From an uncultured Gammaproteobacteria bacterium (GTDB lineage Bacteria; Patescibacteriota; Patescibacteriia; VMEV01; CAYQCH01): a stretch of DNA of 38,842 nt. Within the stretch, counting starts at the first letter, position 1. The number at the start of each line of letters is the position of its first letter. This document shows, one piece after another, positions 7,864 through 17,138 of the stretch. The position numbers and the translations under genes are program-made. The stretch is from NCBI GenBank assembly GCA_964503955.1, contig CAZDCG010000001.1, positions 68,962-107,803 on the forward strand. The letters run 5' to 3'. A model generated the notes under the pieces. The model did not search any database, was not told the DNA's origin, and saw nothing but the letters and a program-made list of their open reading frames with translations.

Positions 7864-9408
7864 TCATGATTCATCTGACGGAGGTTCCTTGCGTTTGGGC
7901 GAACTTGGGATGTCGACATAGCGGACCTGTGAATCATCCACAGATGGAAGCCCCCCTTCATTCTGCTCCTTTAGATCAGCCACGCTTGCCGGTTCAGGCA
8001 GAAGCACAGATCCTCTATCGGATGCCTTCGGTTCGGTCAAAGGCTTGGAGCTTCCAATCTCAAATTCAGTAGCGCCGATATCACCAAGCGGCAGTGTAGA
8101 CGGCGGTTCGCTCTTCTTGGCTCCCGTACGCTTCACAAGCGGCGCGCGGACAGAGGCCATCGGGAAATGATAAATAGTCGCCAGCTCTTCGGTATTGAGC
8201 ACATATCCTCCGCTCGCCTGCGCGGACGAGAGTGATCTTCCGGCATAGGCTTCCATGAACGAATTCTGCCGCAGATAAATACGGGCTTTCTTCAAGGTGT
8301 AATTTGCCTTGGTCCAGGAATGTTTTCCCGGCTTAAACCAGTTGCGGCTATCGTCGTTGAACTGCTTAATGGCGCCCACAACCGGCCCCACGCCGCGAGC
8401 TTTATTGAAAACCTCTTTGCGGCCGACATACACAATGCGCATAAGACACTTATACACCAGCTTCCCGTTTTTTCGTTCCATGTCTTCAAGCAGCTGCTGT
8501 TCACCCGGAGTCAGGCGCTGAAGCAAAGGAGCAGAATCTTCTTTACTCTCATCGCCACCTCCGCCGCCAAGCTCAAGCCCAAGCAAATTGTCCAGCAGCC
8601 CCGTGATCATGAACGGGATATTGAAGAGAAAGCCAAGAATGCCTCCGCGTTTCGGTTCTGGCGATTTTCTGTCGACGATTTTGTCTATTTCCTGCTGCGC
8701 TTCGGCAAGCCAGTCCTCCGCGACAATCGGCTTTGCTAAAATCTGGTACCAGATCTGCTCGCCTTTCCCTATTTTGCTCATGATTTCAAGCAATGCCGCC
8801 ATTGGATCAACCAGTTCACCGCGGACTTTGTCTTCAAAATCCCGATAGGTCTTGATCGGGTACGCATTCGGCCGATGAAGCAGATACTCCATGCCGTACA
8901 TATCCCATTTTTCGTCTGGGTATTGTTTTGGAACATCATCCGTGTAATCGGTAACTTCGCTGATTTCAGCATCCGGATATTGCGCGTAAATGGATGCCTC
9001 TACTAAGTCCCGAAGCGCGTATGGAGCACGAATGATGTACTGGACATACCCTTCTAAACTGACAATTTCAAAGGAAAACCATTCCTGAAATTCCCCTTTC
9101 CAGCGCGCTTCCCACCAGGTTTGCGAACCATGCGCACCGGCAAGCTGATTAAAAATAGCTTCCATGCTTAGCGGTGTCTGCTCGGTATCGCGCGGAACAT
9201 CAACCGCCAGGAATACAAACTTTCTATTCAATGAGTGGTGGATATCAGCCGTGTAATTCTGAAACGCATCCCAGACCTCCATCAACAGAGCGTAAAAAAC
9301 TGGAATCCAGAAAATATTGACGAATAGCAAAAACATGAGTTTCCAGGTTGGCTCCTGAACCCAGGCGATAATCCAATCGGCGGATGTAAAACTCAATAGC
9401 ATATCCAT
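7864..9408 (-). CDS. Conserved CPR membrane protein, partner of the VirD4-like ATPase
   Basis: N-terminal TM, WFSFEIVS..YIIRAP..LVEASIYAQYPDAEISEV, LNTEELATIYHFP; directly upstream of and co-oriented with the ATPase. Confidence 0.65.
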   Translation of the reverse strand: MDMLLSFTSADWIIAWVQEPTWKLMFLLFVNIFWIPVFYALLMEVWDAFQNYTADIHHSLNRKFVFLAVDVPRDTEQTPLSMEAIFNQLAGAHGSQTWWEARWKGEFQEWFSFEIVSLEGYVQYIIRAPYALRDLVEASIYAQYPDAEISEVTDYTDDVPKQYPDEKWDMYGMEYLLHRPNAYPIKTYRDFEDKVRGELVDPMAALLEIMSKIGKGEQIWYQILAKPIVAEDWLAEAQQEIDKIVDRKSPEPKRGGILGFLFNIPFMITGLLDNLLGLELGGGGGDESKEDSAPLLQRLTPGEQQLLEDMERKNGKLVYKCLMRIVYVGRKEVFNKARGVGPVVGAIKQFNDDSRNWFKPGKHSWTKANYTLKKARIYLRQNSFMEAYAGRSLSSAQASGGYVLNTEELATIYHFPMASVRAPLVKRTGAKKSEPPSTLPLGDIGATEFEIGSSKPLTEPKASDRGSVLLPEPASVADLKEQNEGGLPSVDDSQVRYVDIPSSPKRKEPPSDES

Positions 9409-9440
9409 ATTGTATCAGATTTGCGTTTTTTTGTGATACA

Positions 9441-9471
9441 AAAACAGCGGGATATCGTTCCCCGCTGTTTT
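9441..9471. terminator. Intrinsic terminator hairpin after the sigma-r4 gene
   Basis: AAAACAGCGGG-9 nt-CCCGCTGTTTT, perfect 11-bp stem. Confidence 0.75.
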
Positions 9472-9487
9472 AAAGATGTCTTCGGTC

Positions 9488-10585
9488 TTAGGCCGGAAGC
9501 GTATACTTGCCCTCCGCTGTTTTAGCAAAACGGTCTTTATTCATCAATGCCAGGTGAACCGTACTCTTCCCAACGATGCGCTGTTCAAGCACCCGTTTAA
9601 CAATCTCCTCCCTGGTCAGCGGCATTTCAGCTTCCTGCAAGACGCGGGCGATCACGTCGGCAACAACTCCGGGCTCATACCCCCATTCAGCCAGTGCATA
9701 AATTCCCCGTCCGACAAGGACGTATTTTTCATCCAAAATCAGCTCATTGTGCACGGTAGCCGGATACGCCGTTTTATGATCGAACTTCAATTCGTTGATC
9801 TTTGCCGCGATTTCCGTGAAATGGAGCGGCTTTTTCACATGCTTCAAGACCAAATGGATCTTGTCATTCATGCGCTTTGGCGTAATCGTATTCCATTCCG
9901 CGCAGCCCCAATGGCCGAAAATATTTTGCTTGAGCCCGCGGCAAACACGCAGATGCCCGCGAAGACGATTCTCTTCCTGAATATTCAATTTTTCAACCGC
10001 CATATTGACCAGGGTGTCTTCATCAAGAGGCTCGCCATGGCCGGTTACAAGATCCAAAAGCTGGCAAAGGACATCATGCACATGCGTTTCTTCAACCGAT
10101 GCAAGCTTCCAGGAACGATGATATTTATCCGCATGATGCAAGAGGTCGAAATGGTCAGCAAGCAGTTTTTCCAGCATGAACAGAAGAATAGCGCGCGCTA
10201 CCTGGCGCCCAGCCCGCTCTCCCAAAGCAAGGTCAAGCAGGTGGTTTTCCTCAAGGATGCCTCCATGCGAATCAAGCAGCTGGTAGACAATGCTCTCAAC
10301 CGGCTTGAGCAATTCATTGGCATTTCGATGGTTGCGGAGTTTCTTGATACCGCCGGTTTCGATCTGACGGACACGCTCTCGCGTAACGCCAAAGTGTTTT
10401 CCGATGATTTCAAGTGTTTCCGGCTCGCTGCCAAGCAACCCGAAGCGGCGGGTAAGTACCTCGCGTTCGCGTTCATTCAGGTGCTCAAACAGCGCAGATG
10501 CCAAAACATCCGGATCGAAATGGTGCAATTCCTCTGCCTGCTTGTTCTCCAACACCTTATCAAGAATTGATTGCTCGTAGCCCAT
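9488..10585 (-). CDS. Sigma70 region-4 HTH fused to tandem winged-HTH (HARE-HTH/RNAP delta-like) domains
   Basis: [36 protein letters not shown] (sigma r4); C-terminal [19 protein letters not shown] and PLTREEI..GKYTL wHTH-like units; no region 2 recognisable. Confidence 0.75.
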   Translation of the reverse strand: MGYEQSILDKVLENKQAEELHHFDPDVLASALFEHLNEREREVLTRRFGLLGSEPETLEIIGKHFGVTRERVRQIETGGIKKLRNHRNANELLKPVESIVYQLLDSHGGILEENHLLDLALGERAGRQVARAILLFMLEKLLADHFDLLHHADKYHRSWKLASVEETHVHDVLCQLLDLVTGHGEPLDEDTLVNMAVEKLNIQEENRLRGHLRVCRGLKQNIFGHWGCAEWNTITPKRMNDKIHLVLKHVKKPLHFTEIAAKINELKFDHKTAYPATVHNELILDEKYVLVGRGIYALAEWGYEPGVVADVIARVLQEAEMPLTREEIVKRVLEQRIVGKSTVHLALMNKDRFAKTAEGKYTLPA

Positions 10586-10665
10586 ACACGAAATAATAGA
10601 ATCTGATAGCCGGCATCACTAGACGACAGTGCTCAGAATTTGATGTAATTTCTCAGAACGGGTCT

Positions 10666-10694
10666 AATATAGCATAAAAGAGGTTAAACGTCAA
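10666..10694 (-). promoter_or_regulatory. Sigma70-type promoter for the sigma-r4/HTH gene
   Basis: TTGACG-17 nt-TATATT with extended TG. Confidence 0.7.
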
Positions 10695-10733
10695 GAACAT
10701 AAAAACTGCTGGAAAACCCTGCTTTTCAGCACG

Positions 10734-10765
10734 AAAAAGCCGGCCAGTTAAACGGCCGGTTTTTT
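10734..10765. terminator. Terminator downstream of secF
   Basis: AAAAAGCCGGCC-AGTTAAAC-GGCCGGTTTTTT. Confidence 0.75.
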
Positions 10766-10786
10766 CTCAATTCGCCTGAAAAAAGG

Positions 10787-11779
10787 CTATTTTGCTGATT
10801 TTTGCGATCTCTCGTGGATGGTGATAAGAAGCGGACTTGCAATGAAGATCGAAGAATAAGCCCCCGCCACGATACCAATGGTTAATGCTGCCACAAAACT
10901 CTGTATCGCGGTGCTGCCGACAACCAGAATAGCCACCAGAACAAGCATAGTCGTAAAGGAGGTAATCATTGAACGCGAGAGGGTTTGGTTCAGGGAATTA
11001 TTGACGGTTTCTTCAAAAGCACCGCCTCTTTTGAGCAAATTCTCTCGAATACGGTCGAAAATAACAATGGTGTCATTCACGCTATATCCAAGAACCGTGA
11101 GGATCGCCGCGATGAAAGCTACGTTCAGCTCCCACCCGTAAATATGAGCAAGGATGGCATAGACTCCAAACATGATGAAGACATCATGGAACAACGTCAC
11201 CATCGCGACTAAGCCGTACTTCCATGATTGCACCGGCCAGGACACCTTGCGGAACGCCCAGGCGATATAAAGCATCATGGCGATCAGTACAACCACAATA
11301 GCCAGAATAGATTTATTCTTCAGCTCTTTGCCGATAACCGGGCCGATGGTCTCAAACCGTTCTTCAATGAGCCTGTTTGCGCTATCAGAGCCTGATGGAG
11401 CCAAGCCAAGCTCAATGGTGCCCAAACCAGGTACTTCCTGCGAATCAATATTGGAGGCACTGCCGTCGTCACCGATTTGCTCGCGAAGCGCCTGGATGAT
11501 CGCTCGATGCTGCTCCTCTTCGATATTCACAAAGCGCAACAGATATCCGCGCTCACCAATGGACTGGATTTGCGCTGAATCAATTCCTTGGGATTTCAAC
11601 GTATCTGCAATCTGTGATGTTTCAGGACGTTCTTGTGTATAGCTGATTTCAAGCAAAGTTCCGCCTGTAAAATCAATTCCCGGCCGGATGCCGAAAATGA
11701 GAACGCCCAGCGCGCTGATGAGCAGAAGAAGCGCAGAGAGCAAATACCATGCTTTTCGATGTTTGGTTATTGACCACAT
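10787..11779 (-). CDS. secF: Protein translocase subunit SecF
   Basis: GIDFTGGT, ETIGPVIG, GYSVNDTIVIFDRIRE motifs. Confidence 0.96.
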   Translation of the reverse strand: MWSITKHRKAWYLLSALLLLISALGVLIFGIRPGIDFTGGTLLEISYTQERPETSQIADTLKSQGIDSAQIQSIGERGYLLRFVNIEEEQHRAIIQALREQIGDDGSASNIDSQEVPGLGTIELGLAPSGSDSANRLIEERFETIGPVIGKELKNKSILAIVVVLIAMMLYIAWAFRKVSWPVQSWKYGLVAMVTLFHDVFIMFGVYAILAHIYGWELNVAFIAAILTVLGYSVNDTIVIFDRIRENLLKRGGAFEETVNNSLNQTLSRSMITSFTTMLVLVAILVVGSTAIQSFVAALTIGIVAGAYSSIFIASPLLITIHERSQKSAK

Positions 11780-11783
11780 AAAG

Positions 11784-13886
11784 CTATCCTTTCAGGTTTT
11801 TTCCGCTTGTATAAAGCGGAGTAAATCTACGAATGAAAGACCAACCAAGCACAAAATCCATCAACGACTTCGTCACCACCATGGCGCTGAACATGCTGAC
11901 CATCACACCAAGCGCGAGCGTGACAGCAAACCCCTTGATAAGCGTGGTTCCAAACCAGGCCAGGAAGAAACAAGTGATCAGGGTAGAGATATTGCCATCC
12001 CGGATAGACGGCCAAGCTCGTTTAAACGCCAATGGAATTGCTTCAGCCAGCGCTCTGCCTCTGGCAAGTTCTTCTTTGAACCGCTCAAACACAAGGACAT
12101 TGGCATCAACCGCCATACCAAGAGACAGGATAAAACCGGCGATTCCGGAGAGCGTCAGCGTCACCCCGATAAACTTGAAGACCACCATGGTTGTCAGACC
12201 GTAAACAGCCAGCGCAAGCACGGCCAGCAATCCAAGCAGGCGGTAGTACAAAATCATGAAAACCGCGATAAAGATCAAACCAATGATCCCCGCTTTCATG
12301 CTCTTGGAAAGCGAATCAGCTCCCAAAGTCGCGCCCACGGTTTGCTGCTGCACAAGTTCAACCGTAATCGGCAGAGCTCCATCTTTTAAGCGGCGAGCCA
12401 AATCCTGTGCTTCTTCCGTTGAGAAATTGCCGCTGATGACAGCTTCACCGGTTGTAATCTGCTGCTGAACCGTTGGAATGCTGATTGCCCGGCCATCCAG
12501 ATAAATGGCAATTTCACGGTTTAAGTATCGCTTGGTCAGATCAGAAAAAATCCTGGTTCCTTCTTCGTCAAAGAGAATAGAAACTTGCGGAATCTGGGTT
12601 TGCGGAGAAAAAACGAGCTGAGCGTCAACCACATTCGCCCCCGTTAACCCTGTATTTTTCCATTCTTCCGCAGGCGGGAGAATATCCTCAGCCGTCTGCT
12701 TGTCGAATTGAATACGATGGATCGTAATCTGCTCGAACGGACGCTGATCCCGCTTATAGATCAAATGCCACCCGAACTCCGTTTCAACCGGTTCGGAAAT
12801 CTGTCCTACCTCAAGGGCTTTTGCCGCGGTTTCAAATGATTCAACGGTGGCTGCTGGAGCAAGCCATCCTAGATCCCCGGAATTCTGTGAAGCGGATGGA
12901 TCAGTTGAAAGCGTTTTTGCTTTTTCGCTGAAATTTGCCGTGGTGATTTCATTCGCGATTCCCTGAATTTTCGCCAAAGCTTCATCACGTGAAAGCTGCG
13001 AATCACAAGAAGCGGCACCTGTATAACAAATGAGAAGATGGCTAACGAGCATCTCGGTATCAGCAGCCTGCCGGTCATCCACGCGGACAATTTCGTAGGA
13101 ATTGTCGGTTTCAATGACTTGTGAAACAACGCGTCCGATACGGGTTGCACCGATTCCTTCCACCAGTTCCGGATGGGTGGCATTGGTGATCACTCCCAAA
13201 TCCCCGCCTGAATCACGAGTCGCCAGGTCTTCAGAAGTTTCTTTTGCCACGTCTTCAAATGATTCCTGGCCCGATGTCACGCGGCCATACGCAGCCTGCG
13301 CTTTTTCAAACTGTGTTTTGTTGTAGGCATCGATCTCCTGTTGTTCTTCTTCGGTCAAGGGACGAGGAGGTTCATTGTTCGGTTCACGGAATTCAAGTAC
13401 GGGGGTTTCCCCGATGCGATCGATGGCCTCGTCCACAGCAACGCCTGCTAATTCGACAACAAGGCGGCTATTTCCCGCAACCTGGACAAGCGGTTCTGCC
13501 ACGCCAAGCGCGTTAACACGGCGTTCAATGCGGTCGCGCAATCGCGCGATTGCCTCAGCAGCATCATCTTCAGGTCCAAGCTCTTCGATTTTCGCTTCGT
13601 AAACGAGGTGCGCTCCTCCCTGTAAATCAAGCCCAAGGTTGAACGGTTTTTCTGAAACCGTGTCGAATCGGTACCCTGAAACCAGCGGAAGCTTTGACAA
13701 TCCATTGTTGACGGAGCCGATCACCTGATTATACCCCGATGGATAAACCAAACTCGCACAAAAAACCGTCAGCAAGAGGATACCCAGCATACTCCAGCGC
13801 ACTTTTGCGCGTGGCGACGGATCAATGACGGCATTCCAAACCTTCTTGAACGGATGAGACAGCACCCTTTTCATTTTCTCAAACAT
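11784..13886 (-). CDS. secD: Protein translocase subunit SecD with two inserted parvulin (PpiC-type) domains
   Basis: LGLDLQGG, RRVNALGVAEP, VDANVLVFERFKEE; insert res ~171-407 with two F..A...S.D.....GDLG parvulin motifs and SEPVETEFGWHLI. Confidence 0.95.
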   Translation of the reverse strand: MFEKMKRVLSHPFKKVWNAVIDPSPRAKVRWSMLGILLLTVFCASLVYPSGYNQVIGSVNNGLSKLPLVSGYRFDTVSEKPFNLGLDLQGGAHLVYEAKIEELGPEDDAAEAIARLRDRIERRVNALGVAEPLVQVAGNSRLVVELAGVAVDEAIDRIGETPVLEFREPNNEPPRPLTEEEQQEIDAYNKTQFEKAQAAYGRVTSGQESFEDVAKETSEDLATRDSGGDLGVITNATHPELVEGIGATRIGRVVSQVIETDNSYEIVRVDDRQAADTEMLVSHLLICYTGAASCDSQLSRDEALAKIQGIANEITTANFSEKAKTLSTDPSASQNSGDLGWLAPAATVESFETAAKALEVGQISEPVETEFGWHLIYKRDQRPFEQITIHRIQFDKQTAEDILPPAEEWKNTGLTGANVVDAQLVFSPQTQIPQVSILFDEEGTRIFSDLTKRYLNREIAIYLDGRAISIPTVQQQITTGEAVISGNFSTEEAQDLARRLKDGALPITVELVQQQTVGATLGADSLSKSMKAGIIGLIFIAVFMILYYRLLGLLAVLALAVYGLTTMVVFKFIGVTLTLSGIAGFILSLGMAVDANVLVFERFKEELARGRALAEAIPLAFKRAWPSIRDGNISTLITCFFLAWFGTTLIKGFAVTLALGVMVSMFSAMVVTKSLMDFVLGWSFIRRFTPLYTSGKNLKG

Positions 13887-13956
13887 ACGTCGGTTCTTCA
13901 GAGGGATAAAAAACCAGAGGCAACCTCAAGAGGCCTCTGCGGAATAATACGTAGAG

Positions 13957-14022
13957 AGTATAGCAAAGCCGGTCCGCCCGTCAATCAAAGGTATTGACAG
14001 AAAATAGGAAATTTTCTATAGT
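13957..14022. promoter_or_regulatory. Divergent sigma70 promoters for secD (-) and rpmA (+)
   Basis: Minus: TTGACG-16-TATACT (13984-13957). Plus: TTGACA-17-TATAGT (13994-14022). Confidence 0.75.
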
Positions 14023-14098
14023 GATGCCACTAGATTGATTAAGTGTAGAAATCTGTGGTGATTTTGCGATCACTGCTTTTTTTACACAGCAAAATGCT

Positions 14099-14377
14099 AT
14101 GGCGAAGAAAAAAGCAGCGGGTTCGACCAGTTTGGGACGAGACTCGATTTCAAAACGACTAGGCGTGAAACGCTATGACGGCCAGCCGGTGGAACCGGGC
14201 ATGATTCTCGTCCGTCAGCGCGGAACAAATGTCCGTCCGGGCAAGAATGTCCGAAAAGGCGAAGATGACACCCTTTACGCAACCGCAACCGGAGTCGTCA
14301 AATTCACCACAAAACAGGTAAAACGATTCACAGGAAAACTCAAGAACGCGAAATTCGTCAACGTCATCACCAAGTAG
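14099..14377 (+). CDS. rpmA: 50S ribosomal protein L27
   Basis: [44 protein letters not shown]. Confidence 0.97.
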   Translation: MAKKKAAGSTSLGRDSISKRLGVKRYDGQPVEPGMILVRQRGTNVRPGKNVRKGEDDTLYATATGVVKFTTKQVKRFTGKLKNAKFVNVITK

Positions 14378-14384
14378 AAAACGC

Positions 14385-14410
14385 AAAAGAGGCCTTCGGG
14401 CCTCTTTTTT
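14385..14410. terminator. Bidirectional terminator between rpmA and pyrG
   Basis: AAAAGAGGCC-TTCG-GGCCTCTTTTTT. Confidence 0.88.
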
Positions 14411-14426
14411 GTTTGCCTGTTCGGAG

Positions 14427-16061
14427 TTACGCTCTGCGCTCAGATGCCGCCTTGAGCAGACCGAGAAAGACAGGATGCGGTTTCAGCGGCCTGGATTTAA
14501 ATTCAGGATGGAATTGCACCCCGACATAGTACGGATGCCTGTCTTTTGGCAGCTCTACAATTTCTACCAGATTCTGCTGCGGATTTACTCCGCTGATGAC
14601 AAGTCCGGCCTGCTCCAAATGAGCGCGGTAAGCATTGTTGAATTCATAGCGATGGCGATGCCGTTCCCGAATCACCGGATGAGCGTACAAGCTAGATGCG
14701 ATTGTTCCGGGGACAAGCTCGCAATCATAGGCGCCAAGACGCATGGTTCCCCCATATTGCTTCTTTTTGATCTTATCGACTTGATCGGCCATGGTGTGGA
14801 TGACCGGCTCACTGCTTTCTTCATTGATTTCGGTTGTATGGGCCTCATCAAGCCCGGCAACATTGCGAGCAAATTCAATGGTCGCCATTTGCATTCCATA
14901 GCAAATCCCAAGATACGGAATATTCTGTTCGCGGCAATACCGGATCGCGGCGAGCTTGCCGTCAATCCCGCGGCTTCCGTATCCGCCGGGAACAATAATG
15001 GCATGATAAGATGACAATGTTTCGAGTTGACTTGGATCTTCTTCAAAATCTTCTGCATTGATCCAGACAATTTCAGGTTTTCTATTCACGGCCCAGGCCG
15101 CATGCTTCACTGATTCAATAACGGAAAGATACGAATCAGATAATGTAAATTCCCCGGTTTTAAAGTACTTCCCAACAATCCCCACCCGCACCGCTTGGTC
15201 AACCTCGCGAATCTTTTTCACGAAGGCTTTCCACTCATTCAAGCGGGCTTTTTTCATTTCAAGACCGAAGCGTTTCACGATTTCCGCATCTAATCCTTCT
15301 TCGTTGAAAAAAAGCGGAATCCCATAAATCGTGTCCGCATCCGGCGCGGAAATAACCCGTTTAGGATCGATGCTTGCAACCGTAGCGATTTTCTCTTTCC
15401 GCGGTTTATCAAGCATTTGCACGGATCGCGCGATAATAAAATCAGGGTTGATGCCCGACGCGTTCAAGGTGCGGATCGCGTACTGGGTCGGTTTCGTTTT
15501 CATTTCGCCGATGGCGCCCGGAACCGGGAGATAGCTGACTAAAACAAAGGCCACGTCTGCCGGATTCTTGATTTGCATCATTCTTGCCGCTTCCAAAAAC
15601 AAGACATTCTGGTATTCTCCCACCGTTCCGCCGACTTCCACGATCATGACATCGGTTTGACTGAGTTCAGCCGCGCGGCGGATGCGGCGGACCACTTCCT
15701 GAGGGATATGAGGAACAACCTCCACGCACTTTCCGCCGTATTCCAAATTGCGTTCTTTTTCGATGACGGTTTGATAAACACGTCCGGTTGTCATGTAGTT
15801 ATCTGACAGAATGTCCAGATCCAGGAAGCGTTCATAATTTCCAATATCCTGATCCGTTTCATCGCCGTCTTCCGTTACAAACACTTCTCCGTGCTCGGTC
15901 GGGTTCATGGTTCCCGCGTCTACGTTGATATATGGATCGATTTTGATGGCTGAAACCTTATATCCGCGCGACTGCAACAGCTTAGCGATTGACGCGGAAG
16001 ACACCCCCTTTCCTACCCCGGACATAACACCACCGACCACAAACAGATATTTGCATGACAT
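14427..16061 (-). CDS. pyrG: CTP synthase
   Basis: GGVMSGVGKG, KIDPYINVDAGTMNPTEHGEVFV, GICYGMQ, ERHRHRYE, QFHPEF. Confidence 0.98.
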   Translation of the reverse strand: MSCKYLFVVGGVMSGVGKGVSSASIAKLLQSRGYKVSAIKIDPYINVDAGTMNPTEHGEVFVTEDGDETDQDIGNYERFLDLDILSDNYMTTGRVYQTVIEKERNLEYGGKCVEVVPHIPQEVVRRIRRAAELSQTDVMIVEVGGTVGEYQNVLFLEAARMMQIKNPADVAFVLVSYLPVPGAIGEMKTKPTQYAIRTLNASGINPDFIIARSVQMLDKPRKEKIATVASIDPKRVISAPDADTIYGIPLFFNEEGLDAEIVKRFGLEMKKARLNEWKAFVKKIREVDQAVRVGIVGKYFKTGEFTLSDSYLSVIESVKHAAWAVNRKPEIVWINAEDFEEDPSQLETLSSYHAIIVPGGYGSRGIDGKLAAIRYCREQNIPYLGICYGMQMATIEFARNVAGLDEAHTTEINEESSEPVIHTMADQVDKIKKKQYGGTMRLGAYDCELVPGTIASSLYAHPVIRERHRHRYEFNNAYRAHLEQAGLVISGVNPQQNLVEIVELPKDRHPYYVGVQFHPEFKSRPLKPHPVFLGLLKAASERRA

Positions 16062-16126
16062 ACGTGCCTGAGATCAACACAATAGTGAAAGGCGGCAATG
16101 CAGCTGAGTGCTGACTGCCATTGAAC

Positions 16127-16201
16127 GAAAAAAGACCCCGCCTTGCGGGACCCTTTTTGCAGAGCCTCCTTTAGTATATCCCTTCTGAAAAAAGATCACA
16201 A
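16127..16201 (-). promoter_or_regulatory. pyrG promoter followed by a terminator hairpin in the leader (possible attenuator)
   Basis: TTGTGA-17-TATACT (16201-16173); downstream GGGTCCCGC-AAG-GCGGGGTC-TTTTTT (about 16158-16127). Confidence 0.55.
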
Positions 16202-16207
16202 TACGTT

Positions 16208-17137
16208 TTACCCAAGCTCTCTTTTGCGCGTTTGCACAACGTAGAACATGTCAGAAAAAACCCATTCCATTTCCGTGTCTTGTCCGCAAGATTGCTCCAC
16301 TTCGATCCCCAAAGCCGTCAACTGCTTGATCTGGGCTTCATTCAGCTTCTGCTTACTACCCTGTTTTCCCGTTTCAGACATTTGCAATCCCGCCTCCTTT
16401 GCCGGAACAAATTTTGTTTCCTGAACGGAAATATGCGCATCCAGAATCTGAAACGGCTGCTTTTGCACGACGTAGGTATCAAACGGGGGTTTTTGTCCGC
16501 CATCCATTTCCATGAAACCGTAGGTCGCTTCAATAACCATTTGATTTTCATCAAGCGTTACGGGATGCCTTGTATAGACGCGGCCGCTGGCCACCGCGTC
16601 AATTGTTTTCTGCACAATAACTCCCATGCTCACCTCGGCCGGATTTTTTGACTCTTTTACCAAATAATAAAGCGATCTGGTTGAGAAAAGCGCCTTCCAG
16701 CACCTTTTAACTTCATCAAGCAGCCGGTCTGCCGGGACATGCAGAAAGCTTGGCAGCTCGCTGGCCCACAGAGCGCCTCCGTCTTGCCAGAGCGCGGAAC
16801 TGCGGACTGCCACGAATTCCGCATTAATATGCGTAAATTGCTGGAGAATTTCCGTTTGCATATCCATGGGCATTTCCGTGTGGTCCACAAGCGCCTGCAA
16901 TTGTCTGCTCGCAAAATCAACCGAGTGCAAATCAGCCAAATCAATTTTGGCCAGCTCCGTTCGCAATGCCACATGAATCCCCCCGTGCTGTATGAAATTG
17001 TTGAACGCATCCGAGGTAATAACGTACCCTTCCGGCACAGGAAACTTGCCCTGTGAAAGGCATGCGAGAGAATACGCCTTGTCTCCGACAAGCGCCCTAT
17101 TGGTAGCGTCCACCTGAATGAGCGGCAAGATATGCAT
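16208..17137 (-). CDS. PEP synthase/PPDK N-terminal (nucleotide-binding) domain only, degenerate
   Basis: VGDKA, FPVPEGYVIT, VAVRSSA, MGVIVQK, EWVF..YVVQTR; no phospho-His domain in this ORF. Confidence 0.8.
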   Translation of the reverse strand: MHILPLIQVDATNRALVGDKAYSLACLSQGKFPVPEGYVITSDAFNNFIQHGGIHVALRTELAKIDLADLHSVDFASRQLQALVDHTEMPMDMQTEILQQFTHINAEFVAVRSSALWQDGGALWASELPSFLHVPADRLLDEVKRCWKALFSTRSLYYLVKESKNPAEVSMGVIVQKTIDAVASGRVYTRHPVTLDENQMVIEATYGFMEMDGGQKPPFDTYVVQKQPFQILDAHISVQETKFVPAKEAGLQMSETGKQGSKQKLNEAQIKQLTALGIEVEQSCGQDTEMEWVFSDMFYVVQTRKRELG

Positions 17138-17138
17138 A

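Noticed and set aside
9476-10570. 364-aa + strand ORF opposite the sigma-r4 gene
   Set aside because: Exact antisense shadow of a gene with recognisable domains; no features of its own.
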